From Octopus vulgaris (lineage: Eukaryota), in NCBI GenBank assembly GCA_951406725.2, contig OX597822.1, positions 41,478,001 through 41,542,000 on the forward strand: a stretch of DNA of 64,000 nt, written 5' to 3'. The notes below the pieces were generated by a model. It had not been told where the DNA came from. It saw only the letters and a list, made by a program, of their open reading frames with translations, and ran no database searches. Each line of letters opens with the position of its first letter. Position 1 is the first letter of the stretch. Below, piece after piece: positions 1 to 14,165 of this stretch. The position numbers and the translations under genes were made by a program.

Positions 1-215
1 TAGGAGTAATTTCAAGGCGAATGAAAAATAAAAACATTTCAATAGTTACGCTTATAGTCGAGTTTCAACAACAATGTGCAAATAAAATAATTTGCCATCC
101 GTGCTTCTTCAGTAATGGCGCTAATTTATATGAAAAATATGTTGCCTATTGACTTTATTACGCATGCAGGCCACCACTAACATACTTCTCTAAATTTTCT
201 ACCCTTATTATTTTC

Positions 216-307
<92 letters not shown>

Positions 308-330
308 GTGCATGTGTGTGTGTATACGTT

Positions 331-354
<24 letters not shown>

Positions 355-361
<7 letters not shown>

Positions 362-671
362 ACCGACCAGGCTATCAGATGTTGCTACACATCGCTGGTC
401 ACAATGCGCTTCACATTGTTTTAGGCATCAAGTGACGCCACCCCGCTGGCCAAGCGAGCAGGCCAACAGAAGAAAGAGTGTGGCGAAAGTTGTGAGAAAG
501 TTGTGGCGAAAGAATACAGCAGAGTTCGACACCCACCCACCCCCTGCCGGAGCCTCGTGCAGCTTTAGGTGTTTTCACTCAGTAAGCACTCCCAACGCCC
601 GGTCTGGGAATCGAAACCGCGATCCTACGACTGCCAGTCCGCTTCCCAAACCACTGGGCCATTGCGCCTCC
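355..671 (-). mobile_element. tRNA-derived SINE, family A, tail type 1
   Basis: Minus strand begins GGAGGCGCAATGGCCCAGTGG (A box) with GGTTTCGATTCCC (B box); colinear with 18721-19020. Confidence 0.85.
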
Positions 672-679
672 ACATATAT

Positions 680-727
<48 letters not shown>

Positions 728-753
728 GTATGTATATATGTATATAAATATAT

Positions 754-812
<59 letters not shown>

Positions 813-1338
813 TATATACATATATTCACAGAATTTCTCAGAAGATATTTACGTAAATAACACAGAAGAACAATTTGCTAACATGCAAAGTTATTGAATA
901 TACATGAAATTTAAATTTAATTCTTGAAATGTTAAACTTTTCGCCGCGCATCTAAGACTTGGTCACTGACACCGTTCCTCCATTAAAATGTAAACAAGCC
1001 GTAGAACTGCCGAAGTTTTTGACATATCGAGAATTAGATTTAAATTTCAGGTAAATTTAATAACTTTGTGTGTCATCAAAGTGCACATCTGGGTTATATT
1101 AATAGTACAGAAGGCAGCCGTTGGTCTCGAGAGGCCACGGATCTGCACCGAAAGAAATCGTGTCAGTTGATGAAGGTGGTGCAGTGTCTCTTGTGCTTGT
1201 ACAGGCCCACACGAGAGTGGCAGTCATGCATACAGCGACTGAGGTATTTGCATACAATATTTTCTGAGAAATTACAGCAGCAAGAGAGAAAGAGAGAGAG
1301 ATGGGGAAGAAAGATGTTTTGTACAGTATCCTCCGCTT

Positions 1339-1373
<35 letters not shown>

Positions 1374-1376
<3 letters not shown>

Positions 1377-1575
1377 TAGTTTTATTTTTATAGCTTGCTT
1401 TCACTTCACTACCGAGCGCAGCTCTGTGTGCCTTGGGTATGTGCTGTGATTTGTTGTGATGCTCTGATGGTTCTTGTATGGAAAGTGTTCTGCGTAGGAT
1501 GTGTGCAGTGCCTAGTAGTGCAATTTTCTGTATGTTATATGTGTTTGTAAGTCCTGGTGTTTTCGTTATGTATTT
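1374..1575 (-). mobile_element. 3' end remnant of R4/Dong-clade (RLE) non-LTR retrotransposon
   Basis: Translates IQKIALLGTAHILRRTLS, a typical R4-clade C-terminus; flanked on both sides by (ATT)n. Confidence 0.75.
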
Positions 1576-1594
1576 TATTATTATTATTATTATA

Positions 1595-1692
<98 letters not shown>

Positions 1693-1699
1693 CATTACT

Positions 1700-2085
1700 A
1701 TTACCTCCGCCTTCGCTAAGGTGGCGGTATTGTTTACGGTCGCATTTGTTTGTTTGTCCGTGGACGAGATATCTCAAGAACCGCCGGATGGATTCGAATG
1801 TAACTTTCAGGGATGTTTGGCCTCATGATTGGCACAAATTGATTAGATCTAGGGATCGATCAGATACCGGATAAAGATTCTGAATTATTTTTCCGGTTTT
1901 TTACTTAATTTTTGAGAGCGGTCGGATTTATTTTATTTTATTTATTATTTTTTTTTTTTTGTATTCTTGTCTGTGAGAGCACTCGAGGTTATTTCAGATA
2001 TTCTCATTTTAAAAATCTCCAGCTAATCGTTGAAAGGACATTGGTGTTGTCTTGTCGAAGATTTGCGCTCTGAGTGCTCTTATAA
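1700..2085 (+). mobile_element. Helentron-associated (HINE/DINE-1-like) non-autonomous element
   Basis: Starts ATTACCTCCGCC, contains a (TTTG)n tract, ends with stem-loop GCGCTC-T-GAGTGC near a T-rich flank. Confidence 0.6.
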
Positions 2086-2127
2086 TTATTATTATTAATT
2101 ATTATTATTATTATTATTATTATTATT

Positions 2128-2452
2128 GCTTGGCGGTATTTTATCTGCCATTACGTTCTGAGTTCAAATTCCGTCGACTTTGCCTTTTCATCCTTTCGGA
2201 GTCGATTAAATAAGTACCAATTACGCACTGGGGTCCTCTCTGTGTTTAGCCCCTTCTGGGTAGTAAAGAAATAGAAATAGGTATTTTGTCTGCCACTACA
2301 TTCTGAGTTCAACTTCCACCGGAGTTGACTTTGGTTTCCATCCTTTCGGGGTCGATAAATTAAGTACCAGTTGCGCACTGGGAGTCAATCTAATCGAATG
2401 GCCCCATCCCACCAAATTTCAGACCCTAACCCTAACCCTATCGTAGAAAGGA
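2128..2452 (+). mobile_element. SINE family C, 5'-truncated dimeric copy
   Basis: Two units of GAGTTCAA...GACTTTG..TT.CATCCTTTCGG.GTCGAT; ends GTAGAAAGGATTATT. Confidence 0.8.
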
Positions 2453-2754
2453 TTATTATTAATCATTTTGTTCATCATATACAAGTACGTGTATTCATCA
2501 TCATTTTATTTATTTTATACAGTTTTAGAAAAACTGAAGCATGTCTTTGACAGTTCCAGAGCGTATTGAACTTATCTTGTGCGTGACTTTTGGCCCACCC
2601 TGCATTCTCAGCTGTTGAAAGCGCCTTAGTGAAAGACTTGAAAGCTGTAAATTAATATTAGCTTTGTAATTCACACTGCATCGTGCATATACCAACATAA
2701 ATACATACATACACATATACAGTACGGTGGAAGCCATAGCCAGTCGTAATAAAA

Positions 2755-3298
2755 AAAAAGTACTGGTGGAGTCCTAGTGAAAACCAATAAAACGTAAGCA
2801 CAAAAGACATGATATAATGATTTGGGATGGAGAAGATAAATCAGCTACCCATCGGATGTTAACATAAAGCTGAAGATCAGTGAAAAAGAGAACACCTACG
2901 CTGAACTATTGAGAAATCTGCAGTCATTTTATCCAGGTTACAAATTCAGGTTTATACCGATAATTACTGGAGCCCTGGGATATGTAACACACTACCTAAA
3001 TACCAATCTCCCAGAAAGGGGAAAGCTGATTCGAAGACTACAGATCCAATCAATCACTGGAACTGCAAAATCTGTAAAACTTACCAGAAGTTTATCATTT
3101 AAGTATGTATGAGCATGTTTCGATATGCAAGTATGTGCATGAGAATACATATATAAAACAAAACATGCAAATCTGCACGTATACATACAAAAATGCCCTG
3201 TTGGTGTTGTTGAAATTGCAATGATGGAGCCTTAGATCTAGGTTAGAAACCGGCTCTTTCTGTATTGGCAAGAAATCCTGAAATAAAACTGAATAATG
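2755..3298 (+). mobile_element. R4-clade LINE 3' remnant (RLE domain + 3' UTR)
   Basis: Degraded DIMIWD motif and FIPIITGALG; 3' UTR runs into (ATAC)n; homologous to 37060 and 41650 copies. Confidence 0.75.
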
Positions 3299-3441
3299 AC
3301 ATACATACATGCATACATACATACTTACATAGATACATACACACATACATACATACATATATACATACATACATACATACATACATACATACATACATAC
3401 ATACATACATACATGCATACATATATACATACATACATACA

Positions 3442-3475
<34 letters not shown>

Positions 3476-3478
3476 CGG

Positions 3479-3510
<32 letters not shown>

Positions 3511-3639
3511 TGCACGTATTCACACTAATATGATGGTCACACCTCATAGAAAGTGGAGTATTTTAATAATGAAATAAATTACTGCTGCCATATTTACACG
3601 ATATGGCAATGGAGGAAAGCTAATGCGAGAGGGGAGGTG

Positions 3640-3664
3640 ATGGCGGTTGTGATGATGATGAGGC

Positions 3665-3699
<35 letters not shown>

Positions 3700-4720
3700 C
3701 TACTGCTGCTGCTGCTGATGGTGATGATGATGACGATGTTGCTGGTAATCATGAATTGATGGTATTGAAGATTTATGTTTGAAGAGTGAGAGAAAGGGGG
3801 AGAGAGAAAGGGAGAGGGAGGAGAGAGAAAGAGAGAGTGAAAGAAGGGAAGGAGGTGGTGAGAAACTGGCAGTTGTGATGCTGCAGTTACTGAGTTGAAT
3901 TTCACTTAACGACTTTTTGACATATTGTCAAATATCAGGAACACGTCCACCATCCACATCATCACCAACTTCATCACCCTCCCGGCACCATCACTACGAC
4001 AACACCATTGCCACCATCATCTACAACACGTTTACCGCCCCCCCCCCCCACCATTATTGCCATCACCATCATCACCTTTATCAACATCACCAGCATCATA
4101 ATCATGATCACTATGACTACCACCAACATCACCACCACCGTAATCAGCAACTACTGCTACTATTACTACTACGACCAGCACCACCACCACTACGACCACA
4201 ACCACCACCACTATTACTATAACTATTATTAACACTACCAGCATCATAATCACCACCACCACCAACACCATTATCGCCACCACAACTACTACAACTAGCA
4301 GCACCACTACCACCACAACCACCACCACTACTACAAATACTACTACTACAACTACTACTACTACTTCTACTACGACCAGCAGCACCACCACCATCACCAC
4401 CACCACCATCACCACCACAACCACTATCACCACAACCACCACCACCACCACCACTACTACTACTACAACAACAACTACTACTAATACTACTACTACTACT
4501 ACAGCTACTACTACTACTTCTACTACGACCAGCAGCAGCACCACCATCACAACCACAACCATCACCACCACAACCACCACCACTACTATAACTACTACTG
4601 CTACTACTATTACTACTACAACTACTACTACCACCACCACTACTACCGACACAACAACTACTATTACTATTACTGCTACTACTAAGATTACTACTACTAC
4701 TACTCACGACGACGACGATG
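3640..4720. repeat. Compound trinucleotide low-complexity region (GAT/GTT, CAC/CAT/ACT)
   Basis: Directly visible; includes an internal duplication of ACTACTTCTACTACGACCAGCAGC. Confidence 0.9.
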
Positions 4721-5155
4721 ACTACAGTCTTCTCTTCATTTTCTTTGATCACTCTCCCCTTCCATTACCTCTCCTCCCCTTAACATCCTTGTCTACATCC
4801 ACCCCACCCCTTTACGCCATCCCTCTTCAACCCTACACCGTCCTTCATCCCCTTTTCTTCATCATTTCAAGTACACCTACTTCCTGATTCTCAACCAACC
4901 ATTAAACCAGTTACACAACCATCCAAACCCTATCCCAATCCCCTCTTCAAGCCTTTATTTAGGGGCGGTATGTGGTGGATGGAGTGCATTAGCTATTTAA
5001 ATACCCGTAATTGGTGAATGGCGCCGAAATCGTGCCTATAACATACCCGAGCCAATGTTAGGTTCATTAATGTGATTCTAATCAAACATAGTTTCTCGAA
5101 ACTGCAAATGGACTTTAATTTCTGCTGACAAAACACACACACACACATACCTGAT

Positions 5156-5220
<65 letters not shown>

Positions 5221-5231
5221 AATGTGATACA

Positions 5232-5355
5232 CAAAGGGTGCTGAAAAATTCCTGGCTTTAAGGGTACCGAAAAGCCTGACTGGAGGCGCAACCTTCCGAG
5301 TTCTCTTACAGGGCTTAGAAAAACTGAAGGACCGCTGCAATAAGCGTGTGGATCT
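5232..5355 (+). mobile_element. mariner-derived MITE fragment
   Basis: TIR-like CAAAGGGTGCTGAAAAATTCCTGGCTT and mariner C-terminal-like GLEKLKDRCNKRVDL; interrupted by SINE B. Confidence 0.55.
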
Positions 5356-5508
5356 GTGGCTGTGGGGTAAGTAGCTTGCTTACCAATCACATGGTCCCGG
5401 GTTCAGTCCCACTGCGTGACACCTTGGGCAAGTGTCTTTTACTATAGCCTCGGGCCGACCAAAGCCTTGTGAGTGGATTTGGTAGACGGAAACTGGAAGA
5501 AGACCGTC

Positions 5509-5568
<60 letters not shown>

Positions 5569-5785
5569 CTGCGTGTGTGTATTTGTTGTGTGTGTGTTTG
5601 ATCCCCCAACATCGCTTGACAACCGATGCTGGTGTGTTTACGTTCCCGTAACTTAGCAGTTCAGCAAAAGAAACCGATAGAATAAGTATTAGGCTTACAA
5701 AGTATAAGTCCTGGGGTCAGTTTGCCCGACTAAAGGCAGTGCTCCAGTATGGCCGCAGTTAAATGACTGAAACAAGTAAAAGAAA
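5356..5785 (+). mobile_element. tRNA-derived SINE family B (CORE-like body, internal microsatellite)
   Basis: A box GTGGCTGTGGGGT, B box GGGTTCAGTCCC, CCTTGGGCAAGTG, internal (TG)n, 3' GGCCGCAGTTAAATGACTGAAAC. Confidence 0.85.
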
Positions 5786-5867
5786 AAAAAACATCATCTT
5801 GTATATTCTTATACTCAAAGCCAGGAACTTCCACCAACACCTCGTATAAATGTATGTGCACGTATGT

Positions 5868-5980
5868 ATGTCCTTATCCAGTTTATTTCAATATTTCTTG
5901 CCAATAGAGAAGGAACCGGTTTCTAACCTAGATCCAAGCTCCTTCATTGGAATTTCAACATCAACAACAGAGTATTTTTG
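5868..5980 (-). mobile_element. R4-clade LINE 3' UTR fragment
   Basis: Reverse complement matches 3200-3298 (GATCTAGGTTAGAAACCGG); flanked by TATG repeats. Confidence 0.7.
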
Positions 5981-6165
5981 TATGTATGTATGTATGTATG
6001 TATGTATGTATGTATGTATGTATGTATGTATGTATGTATGTATGTATGTATGTGTGTGTATGTATGTATTCTCATGCATATCTAGATATGCTCGTATGTA
6101 TGTATGTATTCTCATGCATATCTAGATATGCTCGTATGTATGTATGTGTGTACGTATGTGTGTGT

Positions 6166-6380
6166 GCAATGGCCTAGTGGTTAGGGCAGCGGACTTGCGG
6201 TCGGAGGATCGCGGTTTCGATTCCCAGACCGGGCGTTGTGTGTGTTTATTGAGCGAAAACACCTAAAAGCTCCACGAGGCTCCGGCAGGAGGTGGTGATC
6301 CCTGCTGTACTCTTTCACCACTCTAAAAGGCGGTGCTCCAGCATGGCCGCAGTCAAATGACTGAAACAAGTACAGAAAAA
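6166..6380 (+). mobile_element. Chimeric SINE: family A head joined to family B 3' end
   Basis: A-type sequence to CTCTTTCACCACT (6322), then directly AAAGGCGGTGCTCCAGCATGGCCGCAGTCAAATGACTG. Confidence 0.75.
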
Positions 6381-6385
6381 AAAAA

Positions 6386-6426
<41 letters not shown>

Positions 6427-7104
6427 CGTGTGTGTGTCTTTTACTTCTTTCCGTCCTTGTACTGCGGCCATGCTGGGGCACCGCCTTAAAAAATTTTTTG
6501 TCGGATTAATTTTTGTCGTACTTATTTTCTTTTCAAGCCTGGTACTTATTCCACCAGTTTTTCTCAGAGCGTCCGTTCTTTGCCGATCTTTGTATTGGCC
6601 AGTGGCTTGATAAAGCTTCCATGCATGAAAACAAGCCGTTTTGCTGCATTCTAATTGCTTGCTATAATGTTCCTGAAGGACACATTTTGCTGATAAAACA
6701 ACACGATATTTGATCTAGTAACTAGGCTGGTACAACGACGCTTTCCCATAGCGAATTAATGTGTAACAATGCTCGATTATTAAACGAAACAGTACAGTGC
6801 GACCAGCCAAATGATTACCTATTTGGTTTATTAAGTTGCATAATCTTCGTAGTCTTTAACAAAATAACGTTGGTACAGTCTTAAAATTATTTTGCCGACA
6901 ATTTTTGATCATTTGAATTAATTGCGCATTGATATTATTCAAATTGTAGAAATATATATAAAGCCTATATCATTCGAAAGAGAAAAAAATTCTGCATGAA
7001 ATGTATTAAGTAAAATAAGTTTATACAGTTTTGTTAAAAATAAATTAATGAAGAAATAGAACTGTCATCGGTCTGAAACTTATTTTGACTTATTTTCACC
7101 AGTG

Positions 7105-7136
<32 letters not shown>

Positions 7137-7185
7137 CGTGTGTGTGTGTGTGTGTGTGCATGTATGTATGTATATATATATATAC

Positions 7186-7219
<34 letters not shown>

Positions 7220-7314
7220 CGGGAAGCTTTATGAAAATAGACAAAAGACGAAGGCAGGTGGAAAACAAACAAACAATTGTATTAGTATGGCGCTCAGGAA
7301 ATATAAATAAAACA

Positions 7315-7356
7315 AGTCTTTAACGTTTCGAGCCTACGCTCTTCAACAGAATGATA
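7315..7356 (-). ncRNA. Minimal hammerhead-like motif in PLE pLTR (CUGUUGA core variant)
   Basis: Minus: UCAUU-CUGUUGA-A-GAGC-GUAG-GCUC-GAAAC-GUU-AAAGA. Confidence 0.7.
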
Positions 7357-7520
7357 CACAGAGAGAAAAAAAAACAGAAAGAAGGAGAGAAAAAAAATGC
7401 GTGCAGTAACTAACGAATCAACATGGCGATCTGATTTCGGCCAGAGGTCAAAGATCAAACATGAGACGCGAGAGCGAAATAAGGGGAGATAATAGGGTTG
7501 ATAATAGGGTTGAATGACCA

Positions 7521-7597
7521 GCTATTAGTGCGTAGGAGGGGTCTGGACGTGTGTATGTATAGGGTTGGTGTATGTATTAGTATGTATTAGTATGTAT

Positions 7598-7632
<35 letters not shown>

Positions 7633-7870
7633 AGAGAGTATTAGTGCGTAGGATAGGTCTGGACGTGCGTATATATGGGGTTGGTGTATGTATTAGTATG
7701 TATTAGTATGTATTAGTACGTATTAGTATGTATAAGTGTGTGTGTGTGTGTATGAGAGAGTATAAGTGCGTATGAGGGGTCTGGACGTGTGTATGTATAG
7801 GGTTGGTGTATGTATTAGTATGTATTAGTATGTATTAGTACGTATTAGTATGTATTAGTTGGTGTATGTA
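7521..7870. repeat. About 120-bp tandem repeat (3 units) plus (TATTAGTATG)n in PLE 3' region
   Basis: GTGCGTA.GA..GGTCTGGACGTG recurs at about 7528, 7645 and 7766. Confidence 0.8.
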
Positions 7871-8212
7871 TTAGTATGGCACATCATATATGATGTGATG
7901 TGTAAAGTCGTGTGGTGTAGTGAGGAGAAGAGGGGGAGGGGGATAAGAGGGGGGAGAAGGGGAGGGGAAGAAGAGAGGGGAAAGAGGAGGGGAGGGGAGG
8001 GGGAGGAGGGGGAGGAGGGGGAGGGAGAGGGGAGGAGGGGGAAAGGGAAGGGGGGAAGGGGGAAGGGGTAGAGAGAAGGGAGTGAAGGAGCAGAGGGAAG
8101 AGGGAAGGAGGGAGGGAGAAAGAGGGAAGAAGGGAAGGGGAGTAGGGGTGAAAGGATGAAGGACTGAAGAAGTAGGGGTCGGGGGGAAGGATAGGTGAGG
8201 AGGGGGAGGGGG

Positions 8213-9550
8213 TTAGATGAGGAGGGGGGAGAGTTGAGACCAAATGGCGTATAAGAGCGAAGAGAGAAGATTAATTCCTGTTCACGGCGCAAACGGGAAT
8301 CCGGAAGGCCTCTGTGTAAGGACAAACCGAACACAGATAGGTGTTGCAAGGAGTGACCGGTGGAGCGGAAATGGCGTGAGACCGGTGTGTCGTTCGCAAG
8401 GTGGATGTCACGAAGGTGTTCCGCGAACCGGTCAGCCAAGCGGTGTCCCGTTTGTCCGATGTACAAGGAATAGCAGAGAGAGCAAGAGACGCAATAGATA
8501 ATATTGCTGGAGGTGCAGGTGAAGGAGTGGATGATGGGATAGGGTCGATGGTGGGTGCTAGTGAGGCGGGTGGTGTTGGAGAGGTAAGGGCAAGTGCGGC
8601 AACGTGGGCGGGAGCAGGGGAACGAGCCGGGTTGGGAGGTAGGGTCAGGGAAGGAGCTATGGACCAAAAGGTCTCGAAGGTTGTGGGCTCGTTTGAAAGA
8701 GGGGAGGGGTCGGTTAGGGAAGAGGTGTGAAGTGGACGGGTCGGATTGGAGATGACGGAAAGCTCGAAGAATGGTGCGTTGGAGACGTAGGGTCGTGGGG
8801 TGGTAAGTGAGGGGAAACGGGAGGCGGGAGACTACAGGGCGGGTTCGGGGAGAGAGAGCAGATACACGGTCCACGGACCGTGCTCTGGCAAGGGCGGTGT
8901 GGATAGTGGTGAGGGGGTATCCACGTAGGGTGAAGAGGTGAGCCATACGTTGAGACTGAGTCTCAAAGTCATGGTCGTCACTACAGAGCCTACGTAGACG
9001 GAGGAATTGGGAATAGGGGATGGAAAGCTTGGTGTGTTCTGGGTGGGAGGAAGAGAAGTTGAGGTATGAGTGTGAGTCTGTGTGTTTGTAGTGAATGGAG
9101 GTGGTAAGAGTGGAGTGAAGAATGCTAACCGAAATGTCGAGGAAGGAGACAGAGGTGTTGGAGATAGTGGAAGTGAAGTGGAGGGCTGGATGGAAAGATT
9201 GGACGAAAGAGAGGAAGGAATCTAGATGTTCACGGGAGAGTGAGGTGGCACCGATAATTTCGTCAATGTAACGACCATATAGTTCAGGAGTGGGACCAGG
9301 GAAATTAGAGAATATTTGGGCCTCAACATAGCCAACGAACAGGTTCGCATAGTTGGGGCCCATTCGCGTTCCCATGGCGTCTCCCGAGACCTGATGGTAG
9401 AACTCGCCCGCGAACGAGAAGCAGTTCAGAGTAAGGACAAGTTCGGCCAGACGAATGACTGTGGAGGTGTCAGGTACAGGGTTAGAGCGGAGGTCAAGAA
9501 AGTGTCGAAGGGCCTGCAGTCCTTCGTGGTGAGGGATAACAGTATAGAGG
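8213..9550 (-). pseudogene. PLE reverse transcriptase + GIY-YIG endonuclease ORF (truncated; YIDD changed to YIDE)
   Basis: ORF 7855..9375; the N-terminal RT is missing or frameshifted; the C-terminal part of the ORF is read-through into a low-complexity tract. Confidence 0.88.
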
Positions 9551-9618
9551 TTGTGTGTGTGTATGTATGTATGTATGTATATATATATATATATATCTAT
9601 ATATATAAATCTATATAG

Positions 9619-9670
<52 letters not shown>

Positions 9671-9921
9671 TGGTGGTGGCGAACCCTGCTCTACTCTTTC
9701 AACACAACTTTCTCTCGCTCTTTCTTCCTGTTTCTGGTGTACCTATATTTCGAAGGGCCAGCCTTATCGCAATCTTGTGTCACGCTGAATCTCCCCGTGA
9801 ACTACGTTAAGGGTAAACGTGTCTGTGGAGTGCTCAGCCACTTGCACGTTAATTTCACGAGCAGGCTGTTCCGTTGATCAGATCAACTGGAACCCTCGTC
9901 GTCGTAACTAACAGCGTACCA

Positions 9922-9922
<1 letters not shown>
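9671..9922 (+). mobile_element. SINE family A, 5'-truncated, tail type 2
   Basis: Reverse complement of 45449-45695; ends AACTGGAACCCTCGTCGTCGTAAC. Confidence 0.8.
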
Positions 9923-9975
<53 letters not shown>

Positions 9976-10190
9976 ATGCATGTATGTATGTATGTATGTA
10001 TGTATGTATGTATTTATGTATTTATGTATGTACATGTACTATACTCTCGTGCACAGTATACACTATATAATAACACATGTATATACAGAATATAGAAATA
10101 CTCTACTATATATAAACATACTAATATTAAATTCTTAACTATTTGCACTGATATATATTAATCAGTCCCTGTTTGTCTCAACCTTTTCCT

Positions 10191-10255
<65 letters not shown>

Positions 10256-10292
10256 CCTCTCTGTCTTTGTGTGTGATGTTTATTTTTTTTTC

Positions 10293-10502
10293 TTTTATTC
10301 GTTTCAGTCATAAGACTTCAGCCAAGCTGGGGCACTGGGCTGAAGAATTTTAGTGGAACGAATCGATCCCAGTACATATTTTAAACCAGGTATTTATTCT
10401 ATCGGCCGCATTTGCCGAACCGGTAGCTTACGATGACACAGACCAACACCTGTTGTCAAGCAATGATGTCACACATGCCCGCACACGCACTAACACAAAC
10501 AA

Positions 10503-10533
<31 letters not shown>

Positions 10534-10675
10534 CGACAAGCTTCTTTCAGTTTCCGTCAAGCAGATCCTCAAATAGAGACTATGGTAGAAGACACTTACG
10601 CCACCTGCCATGCAGCGGAACTGAACCCAGAACCATGTGATTCGGAAGCAAGCTTTTTACCACACAGCCATGCCT
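10293..10675 (-). mobile_element. SINE family B (diverged)
   Basis: TTTCAGTCAT...CTTCTTTCAGTTTCCGTC...ACCACACAGCCA. Confidence 0.75.
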
Positions 10676-11248
10676 ACAAACACACACACACATACACACA
10701 TATACGCACAAATACACACACATATATACACAAACACACACACACACATACACATACACACAAAACACATATCCATAAATGTTGTATCGTAGGTTTTTGT
10801 ATGTATATGTAATACATTTTTAAATGAACATATATTCATACAGATAAACGCACCTATACACACACATAGATGTACAATCTGGGAAACACACACACACACA
10901 CACATACATCCGCAAGCACACATGCGAGCACGCACATTATGCCACGTGAGTGTGTCATAATATTGACATAAACCGTTATCGATTCTGCAGGGGTCAATCG
11001 CTAAGGTGAATACAGGCTCTAAATACTGACATGAACCCTGTCAGATGCGAGTCCTCTCAAGTGAATTTACACCACGGTTGGGGCGTCGTCTAGCATCAGT
11101 GTCGACAAAGAGTTAGGAGGCAGTTGGATCGGCAGAGACGAAATTTGAAGCATGTTGCATAGCTTTATAAAGCTCCGGCCTCTGAATGTCTGTAATGAGA
11201 AAGTGCATTACTGTAATGATGTATGTATATATATATATAAATATATAA

Positions 11249-11293
<45 letters not shown>

Positions 11294-11298
11294 TATAA

Positions 11299-11335
<37 letters not shown>

Positions 11336-11344
11336 TATAAATAA

Positions 11345-11447
<103 letters not shown>

Positions 11448-11525
11448 CAGACAGACTGACGGACGGACGAATTGATGGACGGATGGATATTTGTGTTTAT
11501 AAGTGTATGTATGTATATGATGTGT

Positions 11526-11615
<90 letters not shown>

Positions 11616-11798
11616 TGTGTGTGTGTTTGTAGCTATATATATATATATATGTATAGATTTAGTTTATACGCAACTAGACTCACATTCTTTATTATGATAT
11701 TCTCAATGTTCATAAGAATAAATATGTATATCCGAAATTGTTATCTGCTATTTACTTGTATCAAGTCCTCTGTGATCATATCTTTTGTTTAAACTTCT

Positions 11799-11909
11799 TG
11801 CACTGAGGAGAACAGTGATATGTTATTAATTTAATTTAATCAAATTAATTTAATTATTCTACCTTGAATTTATATGTTTTAATATCGTTGTTTAAAACGA
11901 TCGTATGCA
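11799..11909 (+). ncRNA. Type I hammerhead motif with long stem II (G12A-mutated)
   Basis: UGCA-CUGAGGA-GAACAGUGAUAU...AUAUCGUUGUUU-AAAAC-GAUC-GUA-UGCA; the 12-bp stem II pairs fully with G-U wobbles. Confidence 0.7.
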
Positions 11910-12630
11910 TAATAAACATCGTAGTATACTAAACACCGTATATTCAACACACATATAGAGTAAACACACTATGTACTAAATACATTGATTTAAAATTACA
12001 TTAAATACAAAGAACGCCTGTGTAGAGTGATGTGTGTGTATGCGTGTATGTGCGTGCGTGTGCGTTAATAATTTCCAATGTTATCTCAGCTACGTCCGTT
12101 CTGGCCAGGTTCGACAATGTAAATTCAAGATAAAAACATGCCTTCTTAATATGCATCTTGTAGTTTTAAAAACCAAACTCAGTGGAATAACAATCAATAT
12201 TCATTTCACATTTAGAATCAAATGTAACTTGTCACGTGAGTTACATTCAATCAAAGTTAGTAATTACTATTTGTATAAGGATGCAGCAATTAGAACTTTG
12301 TTGGCTCCTTCACAAGTGCGGTGGTGTATTCTCGACGAGCGATCTACAGAAGTCAGAGGTCAGCTCTATTGCCTTCAGCAGGTCAGCTTATAGTCAACGC
12401 AACGCCGTCCAAGCTGCAGCATTTGTCATAGATCAAACTGGAAGGTTTAGAGGGTTTGGGTGGTGCCGTAGATAATCAAATTGAATCAGTCAAACACACT
12501 CCTTTTGGTGCTTAATAACTATATGACATGTTTCTATGCTTACATATACATACAACACACACACATATACAATATATATATATATATATATATATGCTTT
12601 GTAGTAGTTGTATTATATGCTTACACAGCA

Positions 12631-12687
<57 letters not shown>

Positions 12688-13729
12688 GTATGTATATATA
12701 TATGAATACACACATATATATGTGTATACATATGTGTGTGTTTGTACAAATATTATGTATATATATATATACACACACATGTAATATAATATATACATAT
12801 TGAGTGTATATGCATTATATACTTACAAATCATATATGTATATATACACGCGCACGCGCACACACATATATTTGATGAGTATGCATATAATGCATGTACA
12901 TACAATATATACATATATTATACGTACGTACACATACATATATTCACATACATGCATAAACACACACTCATATATTTGCGTCCACCTATATAAACACAAA
13001 CATGTGTAATGTGTGTGTAATTATATATATATATATATATATCATATATCATATATCTGTACATATATGTAAGATAATAACTGTTATGAAATATTAGTTC
13101 ATGAACAGTTAGAAACAGCTCCATTAAATGGAAGAGAGGACCTTAAGATGGTGATTTATTGTACGATAACACGAGAAATTCGATTAAAAAACCCAAACTA
13201 GTTACACACATTGACTGGTCTGTTTTTCCTATTTTCTATCCATAATTATTTTCCCGTTTCTCTTCGGTTCGTTTTATATTAATATTTCTATCTTATCTTT
13301 CGTCTCTTTTCTGAAATAACTGGTCTAGAGTGAGAGAGAGAGAGAGAGAGAGTGGTGGGGTGAATATGTGAAGCTATCATATTACAATGGAGTCTAGTTT
13401 GATTGAAGCAGACGATATAATTTAACACATTGATTCTGACATCGTTGTTGGTATTGCTGGCGTTGTGATATGAGTGGTGGTGGTGGTGGTGGTGGTGGTG
13501 GTGATGGTGAGGGTGATGATGATTACGCTTACAGTAGCTATTGTTGTTGTTACTGTTGTTATTACAGGTTCGTGTTGATAATTATTATTGGTGCTGTTCT
13601 CATTGACGTTGCTGTTTATGTTGGTGTTAATAACTGCCATCGTCGTCGTTGTTGTTGTTGTTGCTACTGTTGTTGTTCTTGTTGTTGTTGTTGGAATTCT
13701 ATCATACTCACATCTCTTTATGTTCTATG

Positions 13730-13824
13730 TTCAACTCCCATCGGGGTCAACTTTCCTTTTTATCTTCTTAGGTCGCTATAATCGACTTTTAACCACCCCA
13801 AACACTCCAAAATCTTTGTCCCTC

Positions 13825-13880
<56 letters not shown>

Positions 13881-14095
13881 GTTGAAGGCGGTGCGATAGC
13901 AGAGTCGTTTGCACACTGGATGAAATACTTAGCGGTATTTCGCCCGTTGTTACGTTCTGAGTTCAAATTCCACCGAGGTCCATTTCGCCTTTCATCCTTT
14001 CAGCGTCGATAAATTAAGAACCAGTCAAGTACTGGGGCCGATGTAATCGACTAGCCCCACCCTCCACAAATTCCTGGCCTTGTGCCTATAGTAGA

Positions 14096-14165
<70 letters not shown>

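Larger units (their letters stand above)
7219..9550 (-). mobile_element. Penelope-like retroelement (Neptune-type), 5'-truncated, with 3' pLTR
   Basis: RT motifs MGTRMGPNYANLF and RYIDE, Cys linker CSRPRCRTC, GIY-YIG NIIYC...LYIGQT; pLTR at about 7219-7500; flanked by (TA)n/(TG)n. Confidence 0.92.

Noticed and set aside
2424-2440. (CCCTAA)3 telomere-like repeat
   Set aside because: Only three units inside a SINE tail; consistent with slippage.
4008-4752. His/Thr/Val/Ser-rich ORFs of about 200 aa
   Set aside because: Compound trinucleotide repeat, open in several frames.
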